DNA of 64,000 nt from Octopus sinensis (taxonomy: Eukaryota): NCBI RefSeq assembly GCF_006345805.1, contig NC_043013.1, positions 12,152,001-12,216,000 of the forward strand, read 5' to 3'. Of the stretch, positions 1-12,981 are shown piece after piece. A program made the position numbers and the translations under genes. Within the stretch, counting starts at the first letter, position 1; every line of letters begins with the position of its first letter. The notes beneath the pieces were generated by a model. The model was not told the origin of the DNA, did no database searches, and saw only the letters and a program-made list of their open reading frames with translations.

Positions 1-65
1 TATATAATATATATATATATACCTGCATCTTTTGTATGTAAGCATGAGGGTATATAACTATGTAT

Positions 66-121
<56 letters not shown>

Positions 122-610
122 TAAACATACACATGTTTATACATATATATATTACGTATAAAATATACATATACTACTACATGCGTTTGTTTATGCCTGT
201 ATATATACATACATACATATATAAATATATGTATATATATAAACATAGATATATGTGTGCGTGTGCCTCTGTGTGTGTGTATATATATATATATATGCTT
301 ATGCATATCAACATTCCTACGCATTTAGCGCGTATATTTATACGCATGAGAGTATGTATATGTATGCATATACATATATGTATGTATGTATGTATGTATC
401 TATGTATTGCTGCTTGAAGCTCGTGCGGGCAAAACACATACACATATACATTCCTATGTATAAATCCTCATTATATACATATATACATATATACATATAT
501 GTATGCGTACGTGTGCATGTGTTTGTGTGTGTAGATGTATATGTGAATATGTGTGTATGTATACTTGTATGTATTTATTATATATATATGTATACTATAC
601 TATACTTAAT
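1..610. repeat. Compound (TA)n/(CA)n/(TACA)n microsatellite tract
   Basis: Di- and tetranucleotide repeats visible directly; source of the YI/HT/CV-rich ORFs. Confidence 0.95.
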
Positions 611-1732
611 TATTTATAGAACTTTCTCAGAACTTCGAAAAGACGTATTAAGATGTTGCTTGTGAGGTTCTTGTCTCTATACTTACTACATACATTGTTC
701 TGATGCAGTTTAAGTTTTCTAATCTAATATATTTTCCAACAGATCCATCCAGAAGTATTCTGGCTCTAACGTAGATTTACTGATGAAGCAAAGAGCTGGA
801 AGCATATACTCTCTTACTAAAGTTGCCAAAATGAGCCTAAGTATAAAATTCCCCTACAAATAGAAACAAAATTTGACTCAATGTACGGTTTAAAGATCAT
901 GAAAAATCGAAGTATATCGTTGAACCTACTAGTCAGAATGTAATTTTAGTTTATTCACGTCCCACTCACTCGAGACAAATCTCTCACAAAGGATGTAATG
1001 ACAAAATAAAAGTTTTTTCTGCAGATGAGTCTTAAAGCAAATTACATGTGGCATGTACATCACCTTCAAAGTAAACTGTACACAACATATTTACGCTTTC
1101 AGAAGTAGAAGGTCAACTTAACTCGGCCTGAATAAGTCGGTAAACGGAGGGAGAGGGGAAGTGATATTTCTGTAAGTTACACCACTGATGTCCGCGATTT
1201 AGTATATGCGGAAAAAAATATTTTAGCTTACAAGCAAAATCATTATGTAATATTCAGCAAAAGACCCGAAATTACTGTCATTTGTAGGCATTGGGATGAA
1301 TATTTATTAATCCATGAATTACCCTTTAATTTTATACTACTTACCTCACAGGGAAATGTTAACAAGCTGTAGGCAATTAAATGCTATGCAAATTTATGAC
1401 TCTTCTAGAAAACACATCACTCTTTTTTGCTTACACACACAACGAAAAGAATACTGGTCTATACTTCTGCGTCCACCGACAGTGCAACTGGAATGTATCG
1501 TCTGCCCAAAGCTAACATTGACAAACTGAGATTGCGGCTTGTTTTAGTTTGCCCAATTTTGAGCCAAGTTTATGTGACCATGATAGTTTTCAATGAATGC
1601 TATCACAAAAATTAGATATTTTGGGTAGGGAAGAAATGAAACATCAGTTTCTATGATGCTGTCATTTGTACAATCAAGAAACACTAAACAAATGCACATA
1701 GAACACCCATTTATATATATATATATATATAT

Positions 1733-1930
1733 TTCTTTTTCTTTTACTTGTCATTTGACTACGGCCACGCTGCAGCACCGCCTTTTTAGTCAAGCAAATC
1801 GACCCCAGGACTTATAAGTCTAGTATTCTATCGGTCTCTTCATGCCGAACCGTTAAGTTACGGGGACGTAAACACACCAGCATCGGTTGTCAAGCGATGT
1901 TGGAGACACAAGCACAGACACACAAACATA
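1733..1930 (-). mobile_element. SINE family A, 3' part
   Basis: Matches the 3' half of the full copy at 46254-46670 in reverse (gtcatttgact..gcagcaccgcc..gccgaaccg..gttgtcaagcgatg). Confidence 0.85.
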
Positions 1931-1956
1931 TACACACATACATATATATATAAATA

Positions 1957-2013
<57 letters not shown>

Positions 2014-2141
2014 GTACATGTATGCATTCATAGATGTGTGTGCATGTGTGTGTCAGCGAAAGAAAGTACCATTCAATACAGTTGTTTGGATTACATGCCT
2101 TTAACAAACGCATACGGATACCTTCACTCACAGACATATAT

Positions 2142-2173
<32 letters not shown>

Positions 2174-2568
2174 ATCTTAGGAAATAGACATCTTCCTCTC
2201 CACGATCCTGGATGAACCAACTGCCTGACAGGAAATGCATACGAGGGCTGCGGAATCAAACTCCCTTATACACCAAATGGGCCAACAGCTGGGACAAAAG
2301 CACATACATGACTAGTAATGTGAAATGCCCCAAACGCAGGAAATCCGAAAGACCACAGTAGTGCTACAGCATGACAGCGTCAGCATAGCTGAAATGAGTA
2401 AAATAATAAAGAATATATATATATGTAGTTAGATATGAATTTTACATACATATATACATACATATTTATATATATATGCGTGTGTGTTTGTTTGCGGTTG
2501 TAGGTGTGAGTGTGTGTGTGCGTGAGCGCGCATATATGTATATACATACAGCCAAATAGATATATATA

Positions 2569-3110
2569 CAGGGTGCAACGGCGAAATTGTCACCGTTTTA
2601 TAATTAGAATTTCGCGCATGCGAATTTTCTGTTTGTGATTTTCTCGAGTAATAATAGGGTTAATTGTGCACTGCGTGTGAGAAAATCAGCTCTGTGACGC
2701 AATTTACACTGCCAGAAATCTGGAAACGAAATGCTGTACTGCCTGTTATTCAAGCCGGAATATACTCTTTTGTATTTCAGGCTATTGAAGGCGGTGAACT
2801 GGCAGACCCATTAACACGTGTGAAATGCTTAGCGGTATTTCGCCTGTCTTTACGTTCTGAGTTCAAATTCCGCCGCGGTCGATTTTTACCTTTTATCCTG
2901 TCGGGGTCGATAAATTAAATACCAGTTGCGTATTTGGGTGGATCTGATCGACTGCCCCCTCCCTCAAAGTTTCGGTCTTGGTTCCTTAAGTAGAAAAGAG
3001 TATTTCAGGCCATTTTTACGTAATTTTGGTAAATATATCTGTTAAAATGATGTGTCAGTGTTATTTTTATTTTTGCGTATTTTAGACAACAGTTTATTCA
3101 CCGCACCCTG
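2569..3110. mobile_element. Tc1/mariner-type MITE interrupted by a SINE
   Basis: TA-CAGGGTGC at 2567-2576 and GCACCCTG-TA at 3103-3112 are inverted termini with TA flanks; no coding capacity. Confidence 0.55.
2788..3000 (+). mobile_element. SINE family B (tRNA-derived)
   Basis: aaggcggtgaactggcaga head, gagttcaaattcc B-box, tcctgtcggggtcgataaattaaataccag body. Confidence 0.85.
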
Positions 3111-3118
3111 TATACATG

Positions 3119-3220
3119 CATACATACATACATACATACATACATACATACATACATACATACATACATACATACATACATACATACATACATACATACA
3201 TACATACATACATACATACA
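3119..3220. repeat. (CATA)n microsatellite
   Basis: Pure tetranucleotide run. Confidence 0.95.
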
Positions 3221-3849
3221 TGTGAAGTAAACGTACGTGCGTGTAGAAAAATAATTCAGCAGAAAACAGGTATGGTAGTCAATGTTTGCAGGACATATAC
3301 GCCTTTCAGCAGAATGCTGTAATATTTACGTAATATTTAGAGGAACAATTTTGTACTTTACCTCATCAGCGTCCTGCCATAAATAGAATAAGGGCTGTAA
3401 AAGCTCGAAATATAAATATTTTCTCGTTAAGGTAATTATCAAAAATCTCGCAATATAGTAGGGAACACATTTCAAATTAGGGATGTACAAACGATACTAT
3501 GCGTCTGTTAGATGCTTGTAGGGACAACCAGAGGGAGAAAAAAAACGAAAAACGAGATAAAGAAACTGATAAATAAATAAGTTAATATAAAAGAGTTATA
3601 ACACGAGATTAAGTATTCTCCCCAATCACCTTTTTATCTCAATTTTTTTTTTTATCGTTTTCCCTCTCTTCGTTTGCACCTATTTGTATTGGAGAAAGGC
3701 ATATCATCATTTGTTCATCCAGGGTATGATGTTCCTGAAATTGCTATGTAATTATTACAGTATTTTGATGAAATGCAGGTATGTCCTATGAAACATTGGA
3801 TATCATGCGTGTTTTTTTTTTTTAATTATTATTATTTCTGCTTTTTGGC

Positions 3850-4050
3850 TCGTATTTCGCTATCGACTTTAGCGGGATTTGATCAGTGAACGCAGTATGT
3901 AATGCATTTTCACGGGATGACAGTCCGTCGCAGGACAACGTTAAATGAAGTGCTTTTGCTCATGAACATAGAGGTTCACCCGGTTCTGGAATCGAAACCA
4001 CAATCTTACGATAATGTATCCGATACCCTAACCACTAAGCCACGGCCCTC
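3850..4050 (-). mobile_element. SINE family C (tRNA head plus conserved central-domain-like segment)
   Basis: Minus strand reads tggcttagtggttag (A-box), ggtttcgattcc (B-box), then gttcatgagcaaaagcact and cctgcgacggactgtcatccc. Confidence 0.65.
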
Positions 4051-4082
4051 CACGTACCCATATATACATCTATGGATACATA

Positions 4083-4378
4083 TTCTTTTACTCTTTTACT
4101 CTTTTACTTGTTTCAGTCATTTGACTGCGGCCATGCTGGAGCACCGCCTTTAGTCGAGCAAATCAAACCCGGGACTTATTCTTTGTAAGCCCAGTACTTA
4201 TTCTATCAGTCTCTTTTGCCGAACCGCTAAGTGACGGGGACGTAAGCATACCAGCATCGGTTGTCAAGCAATGCTAGGGGAACAAACACACACACACACA
4301 CACACACACATTTATATATATATATATACACATATACGACAGGCTTCTTTCAGTTTCCGTCAACCAAATCCACTCATA
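4083..4378 (-). mobile_element. SINE family A, 3' two-thirds with internal (CA)/(TA) tract
   Basis: Tail tactcttttactcttttacttgtttcagtcatttgactgcggccatgctggagcaccgcc; close match to 46254-46670. Confidence 0.9.
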
Positions 4379-4669
4379 TATATATATATATCATATATAT
4401 ATATATATCATATGTGTGTGTATGTGTACATTTATATATTTATCTAAGATCGTGAATTGTGGCAATCGTTAGTGAGCGGATGAATAATCTCCGGGGTTAT
4501 TTACACGGCACTCTGCGTCCTCACTCCGTTTCCCACAATACCAACTTTGACTTTCAGTCTTTTGGCATCGAATTATAAAATACTTTTGAAGTAAATAGGT
4601 TGATATAATCGCAACTATATCTCTCCCAAGAACTGAAGTTCTTTTGTGCATATTAAAAATTACTGATTA

Positions 4670-4885
4670 ATAACTAGCATAATATTAGTTTCGAAGTTTG
4701 GCACAGCATTAGTAATTTTGTGGTGTGAGGAGGGGGTAATTCGATTACTTTGACCCCATTATACAACTGGTACTTATATTCTCGACCCCGAAATGATGAA
4801 AAGCAAAGTAGACTTCGATGAACTCGGAACATAAAGACGGATGAAATACCGGTAAGCGTTTTTTTCCGGCGTGCTGACGATACTA
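4670..4885 (-). mobile_element. SINE family B, diverged
   Basis: ctggtactta..tcgaccccgaaatgatgaaaagcaaagtagac is the reverse of the family B body. Confidence 0.75.
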
Positions 4886-4940
4886 TCAAAATTAGAATTT
4901 TATAATTTACAATAGATATTGAGTAATAATCAATTCTTTT

Positions 4941-5272
4941 ATCATTTACTTGCTTCAGATACTGGACTGTGGCAATGCTGGAGCAGTGCCTTCAACAGAT
5001 CGACCCTCAGCACTAATCTTTTAATCCCTGCACCTATATTGTAGTTATTTTCCCGAACCGCTAATGTAGTGGGACGTAAATGAACCAACACCGTTTGTAA
5101 AGCAGTAGGGAAAGGGAGAAATGCATACGAAAACAAACACACATACACTTATACGATGGGTTAGCACAACTTCTTTGTACCAAGTTCCCTCACAACAGTT
5201 GCTAAAAACGCCAGAGAGCGATACTGAAGCCGAAACCACTTCGTTCCAAAGCGAGCTCCTTAACCACACAGC
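4941..5272 (-). mobile_element. SINE family A-related, old copy
   Basis: Degenerate match to the family A tail (gactgtggcaatgctggagca), middle (ccgaaccgctaa..gggacgtaaa) and head (ttaaccacacagc). Confidence 0.6.
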
Positions 5273-5378
5273 TTAGAATAGCAATTAATAATTTGTATTA
5301 TAGCATAACTCTAAGTATGGCTGTGTTATTTATTTAAGCAATACCATAAAGCTTATAGCCACCTGTGCTTCATAATTA

Positions 5379-5445
<67 letters not shown>

Positions 5446-5771
5446 CAGAGAGAAAGAGAGGGAGACAGAGAGACAGAGAGAGATGATGGGCATGACATAG
5501 CGAGTTTTGACCGAGATAGAAACTTTTTCGATGTGCTGTGTTAAAAAGACATTATATATCAGAGAGAGACAGAGCGCATCAGCTAATAGCGTCTAGCAAG
5601 AACGCCACATGCATTTCGGTCTTTGTTTTTTTAACGTTTTCAATGACATGCTCGAAGATACAGGTACAGACGAGATTTTTTATAATCACTGAATGAAAGT
5701 TTTGAATCAATTGCATTCTGGAAATAATATTTTCATTTCTATTGTAGCTAACAGATCTACCAAATTTCTGT

Positions 5772-5807
5772 AATAGTAGTAGTAGTAGTAGTAGTAGTAG
5801 CAGTAGC

Positions 5808-5872
<65 letters not shown>

Positions 5873-5888
5873 CAGCAGCAGTTGTAGT
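5772..5888. repeat. (TAG)n microsatellite
   Basis: Trinucleotide run with a few CAG variants. Confidence 0.95.
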
Positions 5889-5912
5889 AAGGTTTCTGCA
5901 CAAAGGATAAAA

Positions 5913-6142
5913 GGCGGCGAGCTGGCAGAAACGTTAGCGCGCCGGACGAAATGCTGAGCGGTATTTCGTCTGCCGCTACGTTCTGAGTTCAAATTCAGCC
6001 GAGGTCGACTTTGCTTTTCATCCTTTCGGGGTCGATAAATTAAGTACCAGTTACGCACTGGGGTCGATGTAATCGACTTAATACCTATGTCTGTCCTTGT
6101 TTGTCCCCTCTATGTTTAGCCCCTTGTGGGTAATAAAGAAAT
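5913..6142 (+). mobile_element. SINE family B, young full-length copy with 17-bp TSD
   Basis: Head ggcggcgagctggcagaaacgttag, B-box gagttcaaattc, tail ccccttgtgggtaataaagaaat; aggtttctgcacaaagg repeated at 5890-5906 and 6143-6159. Confidence 0.92.
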
Positions 6143-6189
6143 AGGTTTCTGCACAAAGGTTTCTGCTTAAAACAAAGTTTTCATTAACA

Positions 6190-6945
6190 CATGTATTTTT
6201 CGTTTTTCTTCTTCGTTATCCTCCTCCTCCTCCTCCTCATCATCATTATCATCGCTATTATCATCGTCATCATTGTGGTCATTGTCGTTGTAATCATCAT
6301 CATCCCCATCATCATCATCATTGTCATCATTGTCATCATTGTTGTCGTCATCCTTGTCTTCCTCCTCGTCGACATCATCATCATCATCGTTATCATCCTC
6401 ATCATCTTCATCACCATCATCATAATCATCATCGTCATCGTCATCACCATCATCATCACCATCATCATCATCATCATCACTATCACCATCATTATCGCTA
6501 TCATCATCGCCATCATTATCATCATTTTTTTTAGCTTCACCCTTATCCTGTTCATCCTCATCACCCACACCACCACTACCGTGATCATCATCATCATCAT
6601 TATAATCATCGTCATCATCATCGCCGTCGTCATCTTCATCGCTATCATCATTATCATTATCATCGTTGTAGTCGTCGTCTTCATCGTCAACATCATCAGC
6701 ATCATCATCATCATCGTCATCAACGTAGCCAACATCATAACCGGACCGTCCTCAACGCAACCTCACCACAGCCGTACACCACCATCTACACCCATTACAC
6801 ACACCTACACGCCTAAACGCCTTCACACAGACTCACTTTATTGTCATCATCACCATGGTAACTGGTTGACATTGACATTGTATGTGATGTCGATGAAGTT
6901 GATGATGATGATGATGATGATGATAATGATGACGACGACGACGAC

Positions 6946-6987
<42 letters not shown>

Positions 6988-7202
6988 AATGATGATGATG
7001 ATGATGATGATGAAGAGGAGGATGAGGAAGTGGGAAGGAACAGGATGTTATTTTGATAAAGAACAGAAACTAAAACGAAATAATGAAAGCGTTTCATAGT
7101 GGTTACTGTGATGTTGCTATTGTTGTTGCTGGTGGTGATGGTGATGGAAGCATTGAGCGCATTTGCTGGTGATGGTCGTGGTGGTGATGATGGTGCTGTT
7201 GC

Positions 7203-7254
<52 letters not shown>

Positions 7255-7789
7255 GGTGGTGGTGGTGGAGTGTAGTGACGGTGGTGTTATTTGGATGGTA
7301 TATTCTGGGAAGTTACCTTTAAATCCTACTCCTCCTTCTCCTTGCATGCATAAAACAATTTGGCCTTTCATTCTTCACTTTCTTCTCATCAACAACAACG
7401 TTATTTCCTCATTGTCTTCATCTTCAGCTTCTTCTCTATCCTCATCAGAACCAGCAGCAGAAGCAGTTGTGGTAGTAGCAGTAGCAGCAGCACCAGTACC
7501 AGCATCCTCATCACTCTTCTAATCAGCATTATGATCATCATCTGTAATAGTAGCTATATATAACCGTCGTTGTCGTCATCATTATTACCGGAACCACCAT
7601 ACGCTCATCATCATCATCATCATTATCATATCATCATCATCACCATCATCATCATCACCATCATCATACTCACCATCATCATCACCATCATCCTTATAAT
7701 TACTTTTACTCATCACTCCCATCATCGTCATCCTCTTTCTCACCATCATCATCATCATCGTTTATGGTCATTGATTATGCTCATCACCC

Positions 7790-7835
<46 letters not shown>

Positions 7836-8021
7836 AATTGTCATTATACGCTCATCATCGTCATCATCATCATCATCATAATCGTAATTCTCCTCGTCTT
7901 CATCATCATCCTAATTACCTATGCTCATCTCTTCTGCTCATCACCATCATCATCATCATCATCATCATCCTCACTTATGCTCGTACCCATCATCATCATC
8001 ATCATCACTATCGTCCCCATT

Positions 8022-8057
<36 letters not shown>

Positions 8058-9018
8058 TGCAACAGTAGCTTTGTCGTTCATTCTCAGAAGCATATTTTAA
8101 AGTGGAGTTGCTGGGGGCAATGTTATAGGAAAGGGGTAAGCATTCTGTTTTTTGGGGATTTCTTTTTTTGTAGCATGCATGAAAGTATGTTGTTGTTGCC
8201 GTTGTTTGTGCTAATGTTGTTGTTGCTGCAACTGCTGCTGCTGCTGGTAGTTTTGGTGGTGGTGATGGTGGTGGTGGTGGTGCTGCTGCTGCTGCTGCTG
8301 CTGGTGCTGGTACTGGTGGTGGTGGTGGTGCTATGTGTTTGAGATAAATGGATGAATATACAAGCGAGTGTTTCTGCTATTGTTGTTGTCCTTATTGTTG
8401 CTGAATATATTGTTGTTGCCTTCTGTTTGTTATTGTTATTGTTGTTGTTGTTGTTGTTGTTGTTATTGTTGTTGTTATTGTTGTTGTTGTAGCCGATATT
8501 GCAGTAGATATGTACCGGCAGTTTGCTTGTATTTTTGTTTCTCCTATTGTCACCATCTTCATTTGATGATGATTTTCTTGTTGTTGCTGCTGTTGTTGTT
8601 GTTGTTGTTGTTGTTCCTGCTGTCATTGTTGCAGCTCTCATTCATGTTATTGCCGTTGTTGTTATTGTTACGTTCTTTTGTTTGATTTCTTTAAATTTTT
8701 ATTCTTTATATATATATCTACTTTTGTTTTCCTTCTTTTAAATTTCGTCTTTGTGTCTTTCGTTTTTCATACCCCTACCCCCTCGCTCCATTCGCACAAA
8801 CCTACCATTCTTTCTCTTAAATTTTAATGCCTGCTACTCTTTAAAAAAAAAAAACAACACACACACAAAGAAAAAAAGAGGAATTTCACAGATATGTATG
8901 TTGTGTTTTGAGAAGGGAGGATGTGTGTAGAATATAGAACACAAAATTTAAATAATATACATGACATTTTTTAAAAAATTATAACAGATTCATATAATAT
9001 ACATACAAGTAGACACAC

Positions 9019-9056
<38 letters not shown>

Positions 9057-9163
9057 AAATATACATATGAATATATATATATATTTACATACACACACAT
9101 ATATATATATGTATGTATGTATGTATGTGTGTGTACATATAACTAAGAATATAAAAATACATC

Positions 9164-9197
<34 letters not shown>

Positions 9198-9427
9198 AAA
9201 ACATGTGTGTCTGTGTATGTATGTATCTATGTATGTATATAAGTTTGGGTTTTTTTTTTGTTGTTGAAAACAAAAAATATATGGAAAATATAAAGAAATA
9301 ACAATACCGCTTGTATTGTGGTTTTGATGTTCTTTCTTTCAGGAATGGAATTTTTTCCTTTTAGTTTTTTTTTTTTTTATCGGTTCATTCATTCATTCAT
9401 TCATTCACTCATTCATTCATTTTGTTC

Positions 9428-9458
<31 letters not shown>

Positions 9459-10122
9459 GGCGGGGTGGGGGTGCGAAAGTTTTGGGCTGTATCTGATTTG
9501 ATAATATGATATCATTCTTTGCCGCCACGAAAAGCCCACCACCACCATGTCACAGCCACCGCCACCACATAACCACCATCACCACCACCACCACCACCCT
9601 TCCACAGTCATTTACTACTGCTACTACTGCCACTACTTCTACATTCGCTACTACAACTACTACTACTACCAATACTAGTACTCCATGTTTTTGACATTTA
9701 CTTTGTTTTAGTCAACCGCGACGTTTTTTAAAGTAAATTTCTATCCCTTCTTCTACGATTTGTGTGCATCATTATCATGACCATAATCGTCATCATCATC
9801 ATCAACAGCCATAGCAAATACAGAACAGTTATCATCATCATCATCAATTCACTGATCATCATAATTGACACAGTCCTCGTGGTCATGATGATCAGAATTA
9901 TTACCAAAGGATTCCATGTTGATTATGATTATCATCATCATCATCATCATCATCATCATGACCGTCAATTTACTGACCGCCATGATCCACGTAGTCGTCA
10001 TGGTAATCATGATCAGCATCATTATCATCAACTTCCACATGCTTATGATTCTCATCATCACCATCATCATCATCATCATCATCATCATCACCATCATCAT
10101 CATCATCGTCATCATCATCATC

Positions 10123-10154
<32 letters not shown>

Positions 10155-10600
10155 CATTAACATCATCATCATCATCATCATCATTATCATCATCATTATC
10201 ATCATCATCCCCATTATCAACATCATCATTATAACCAGCTTTGTCACTAGCATCATCATTCCAGTCGCCGTCAACATCGTCATCGACATCGCCATCTTAT
10301 TAATCATCTTCTTCTTCTTCTTCTTCTTCTTCTTCTTCTCTTCTTCATCGTCGTCATCATCATCATCATCATCATCATCATCAATATCATGATCATCAAC
10401 AGTAGCAGCATCGACATAATCCTTCTCATCATCATCATCATCATCATCATCGTCCTCCTCCTCCTCCTCATCATCATCATCATCAACAGCATCATCAATA
10501 TCATCAATGCCGTTATCACCATTCATTTTCATCGCCCTCGTCGTCGCCTTCATCATCACTCTCATTAACAACAATTATTGCCATTATCATTATCATTGAA
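6190..10600. repeat. 4.4-kb complex of degenerate trinucleotide arrays (CAT/GAT, TTG, GGT, CAG, CAC) with short unique islands
   Basis: Arrays visible directly; they generate the poly-I/M/D/H/S/L ORFs. Confidence 0.9.
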
Positions 10601-10749
10601 CTCTAATAGAATTTAAACACCATAAACCATATATTATTCATCCTTTTACTTCCATCAGTGAATATTATTCGAAATATTTCTCACAGAAATACATACACAC
10701 ATACATACACACATACATACATACATACATACATACATACATACATACA

Positions 10750-10783
<34 letters not shown>

Positions 10784-11217
10784 CATACATACATACATGC
10801 ATACATACATAAATATATACATATATACATGCATGCATATATACACACACTTACACAAATGTGCACTCATATGGTGAAACACAGGAAAATAGAACTCAAA
10901 ACAACAATATATATATATATATTTATGTATACATGCAGTGCAGTATTATATGCGTACATAAATGTACATATATATGTGTGTGTGTTTGTGAGTGTGTGTA
11001 TACACATACATAAAATATATACCTATAGTTTAACCATAGATACATGAATGTGTCCAGGCATACAAATTTGTATATATAATATACATACATATATATGAGT
11101 GTGTTCTTATATATAAATGTATATATGTACCTATATAAATATGTACATTTATTTTACATACACACACATGTGTATATATGTGTGTGTGTTTGTGAGTGTG
11201 TGTATACACATACATAA

Positions 11218-11292
<75 letters not shown>

Positions 11293-11943
11293 TATATATA
11301 TATAGATATATATATATATATGTATTTATGTATAAAACAAACAGGAAACAGCGATAAAAAACGAATACAAAATGTTTGTTTTATGCCTAATTCTAGATTA
11401 CATCCATTAGGTAGGTTAAAACAACAAATAGGAGGGTTTTCCAAGCCAAAACCACAATGTGTGTTACTGAGAGATTTCATGTCAACAAAAATATTCTGCT
11501 AGGCCAAGATTATATTTCACTATGTGTACGCTTCTAAATATTTATTTAGTAAATCATTAGTTGACACTTCCGGTAGTTTGGGCGGCACTATGTTCCATTG
11601 TTGGTTATAAATAAGTAGAAACTATAGAGTTCTCTTTTTCAGTTGCTCGTTAGTCAAAATCGAGTATTACTATGTTTTCATTAACTAAAGCGGTGAGGTG
11701 GTAGGGCTGTTAGCGCCCTTGATCAAAATAATTTAGTTTTTTTGGTTTCCCTTTTATTATTTACTGGCTCTTTACTTCCTGAGTATTCCAGTACTGTTGA
11801 GGCCAACGTTACCAATCCCTCTTGTGTAGTTGATAAAGTACCAATTGAGTACTGTGATCAATCTAATCAGCTAATCCGTTTCCTTAACATTGCCAGCCTA
11901 GTGCCAAAACTCTGAACCATAATTATTTCATCAACTATCACGA

Positions 11944-12136
11944 TGTGGTGGCAGAACTGTTAGCACGCTAGACAAAACGTTTAGTAGCATTTCTTGCGAC
12001 TTTACATTCTGAGTCTAAGTTCACTGAAGACGATTTTGCCTTTCGTTTTTCAGGATCGAACACACACTGAAGTCAGTCTAATCGACTAGATCTGCCCTGA
12101 AAATTTCCGTCCTTGTGCACATAATAGAAAGGATTT
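11944..12136 (+). mobile_element. SINE family B, old copy
   Basis: tggcagaactgttagcacgc..tttacattctgagt..gattttgcctttc..ccttgtgcacataatagaaagg. Confidence 0.65.
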
Positions 12137-12494
12137 ATGTTTGACTTTTACTCAAGGAGAGAAAGCAACGTAAGTGGATATTTATATGATTTCGTAGACT
12201 GTTCCAAGAGAGAGAGAGAGCGATGTTAGGTGAAGCGAATTTTCAAATCAATAGTCTTACCGGAAGGCTAAGAGCATCTAAGGATCCAAGTGTTAGTGTT
12301 TAACTGAGATCCGGATGAAGTGTACTATCCATGTAGACCATGATACGATTTAGAATGAGAACGCAGCGATACGATATATGAAAAAACACAAGTTATCGGC
12401 TCCAACGTTGCTATTGTTCCGCTTGTCCATTCACCTGGTAATTCTGGACGTTGTGAAAATATCCCCCTTATTCTCTGCAGTTTCATGTTCATCA

Positions 12495-12662
12495 AGAACC
12501 GTTAATGCGTCGGACAATATGCTTAGCGCCGAGGTTGACTTTGCCTTTCATCCTCTCTGGGTCAATAAAATGAATACCAATCGAGCATTGGGGTTGGTGT
12601 AATAGACTTGACATCTCCCTTCGAAATTGCTGCCCTGGTGTCAAAATTTGAAAACAATATTA
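12495..12662 (+). mobile_element. SINE family B, internally deleted
   Basis: gccgaggttgactttgcctttcatcctctctgggtcaataaaatgaatacca body. Confidence 0.75.
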
Positions 12663-12981
12663 TCATTTTTTATCAAGTATTTCATAAAAATTTAATGGTA
12701 TAAAAAATCTTATTTTATATTAATTTACTTTTTGAGAACTATCTTCCACAAAGTCAAGAAACATAATTCTATGTAATAATTCTAGCAATCCTATCCCTTA
12801 AATTTCGACGCACGACAATATTATATTTCTAATGATGATCCTAAATAAGGCTAAATCGCAATTTTAGTTGCATCACAGATTTCAACTTACCTAAAATTTT
12901 AATTAAATTTGCAATCATTAAAATTCTTTCACAGTATTAACTATCATTTATCGTGCGAGTGGTGAACGAACATTGTATAAA

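Noticed and set aside
776-815. Hammerhead-like ctgatga motifs at about 780 and 1185, and near 62020 (minus)
   Set aside because: GAAA, the core or the stems are too degenerate to support a ribozyme call.
6184-6738. Met/Asp-rich ORFs (also 9849-10574) as reflectin-like genes
   Set aside because: They are alternate frames of (GAT)n repeats and lack the Tyr/Arg/Pro/Gly-rich reflectin motifs.
6191-7099. 302-aa poly-Ile ORF
   Set aside because: Stop-free only because it is an (ATC)n array.
7290-7345. Collagen-like GEGGVGFKG peptide before a minus-strand donor
   Set aside because: Only three in-register glycines and no good acceptor.
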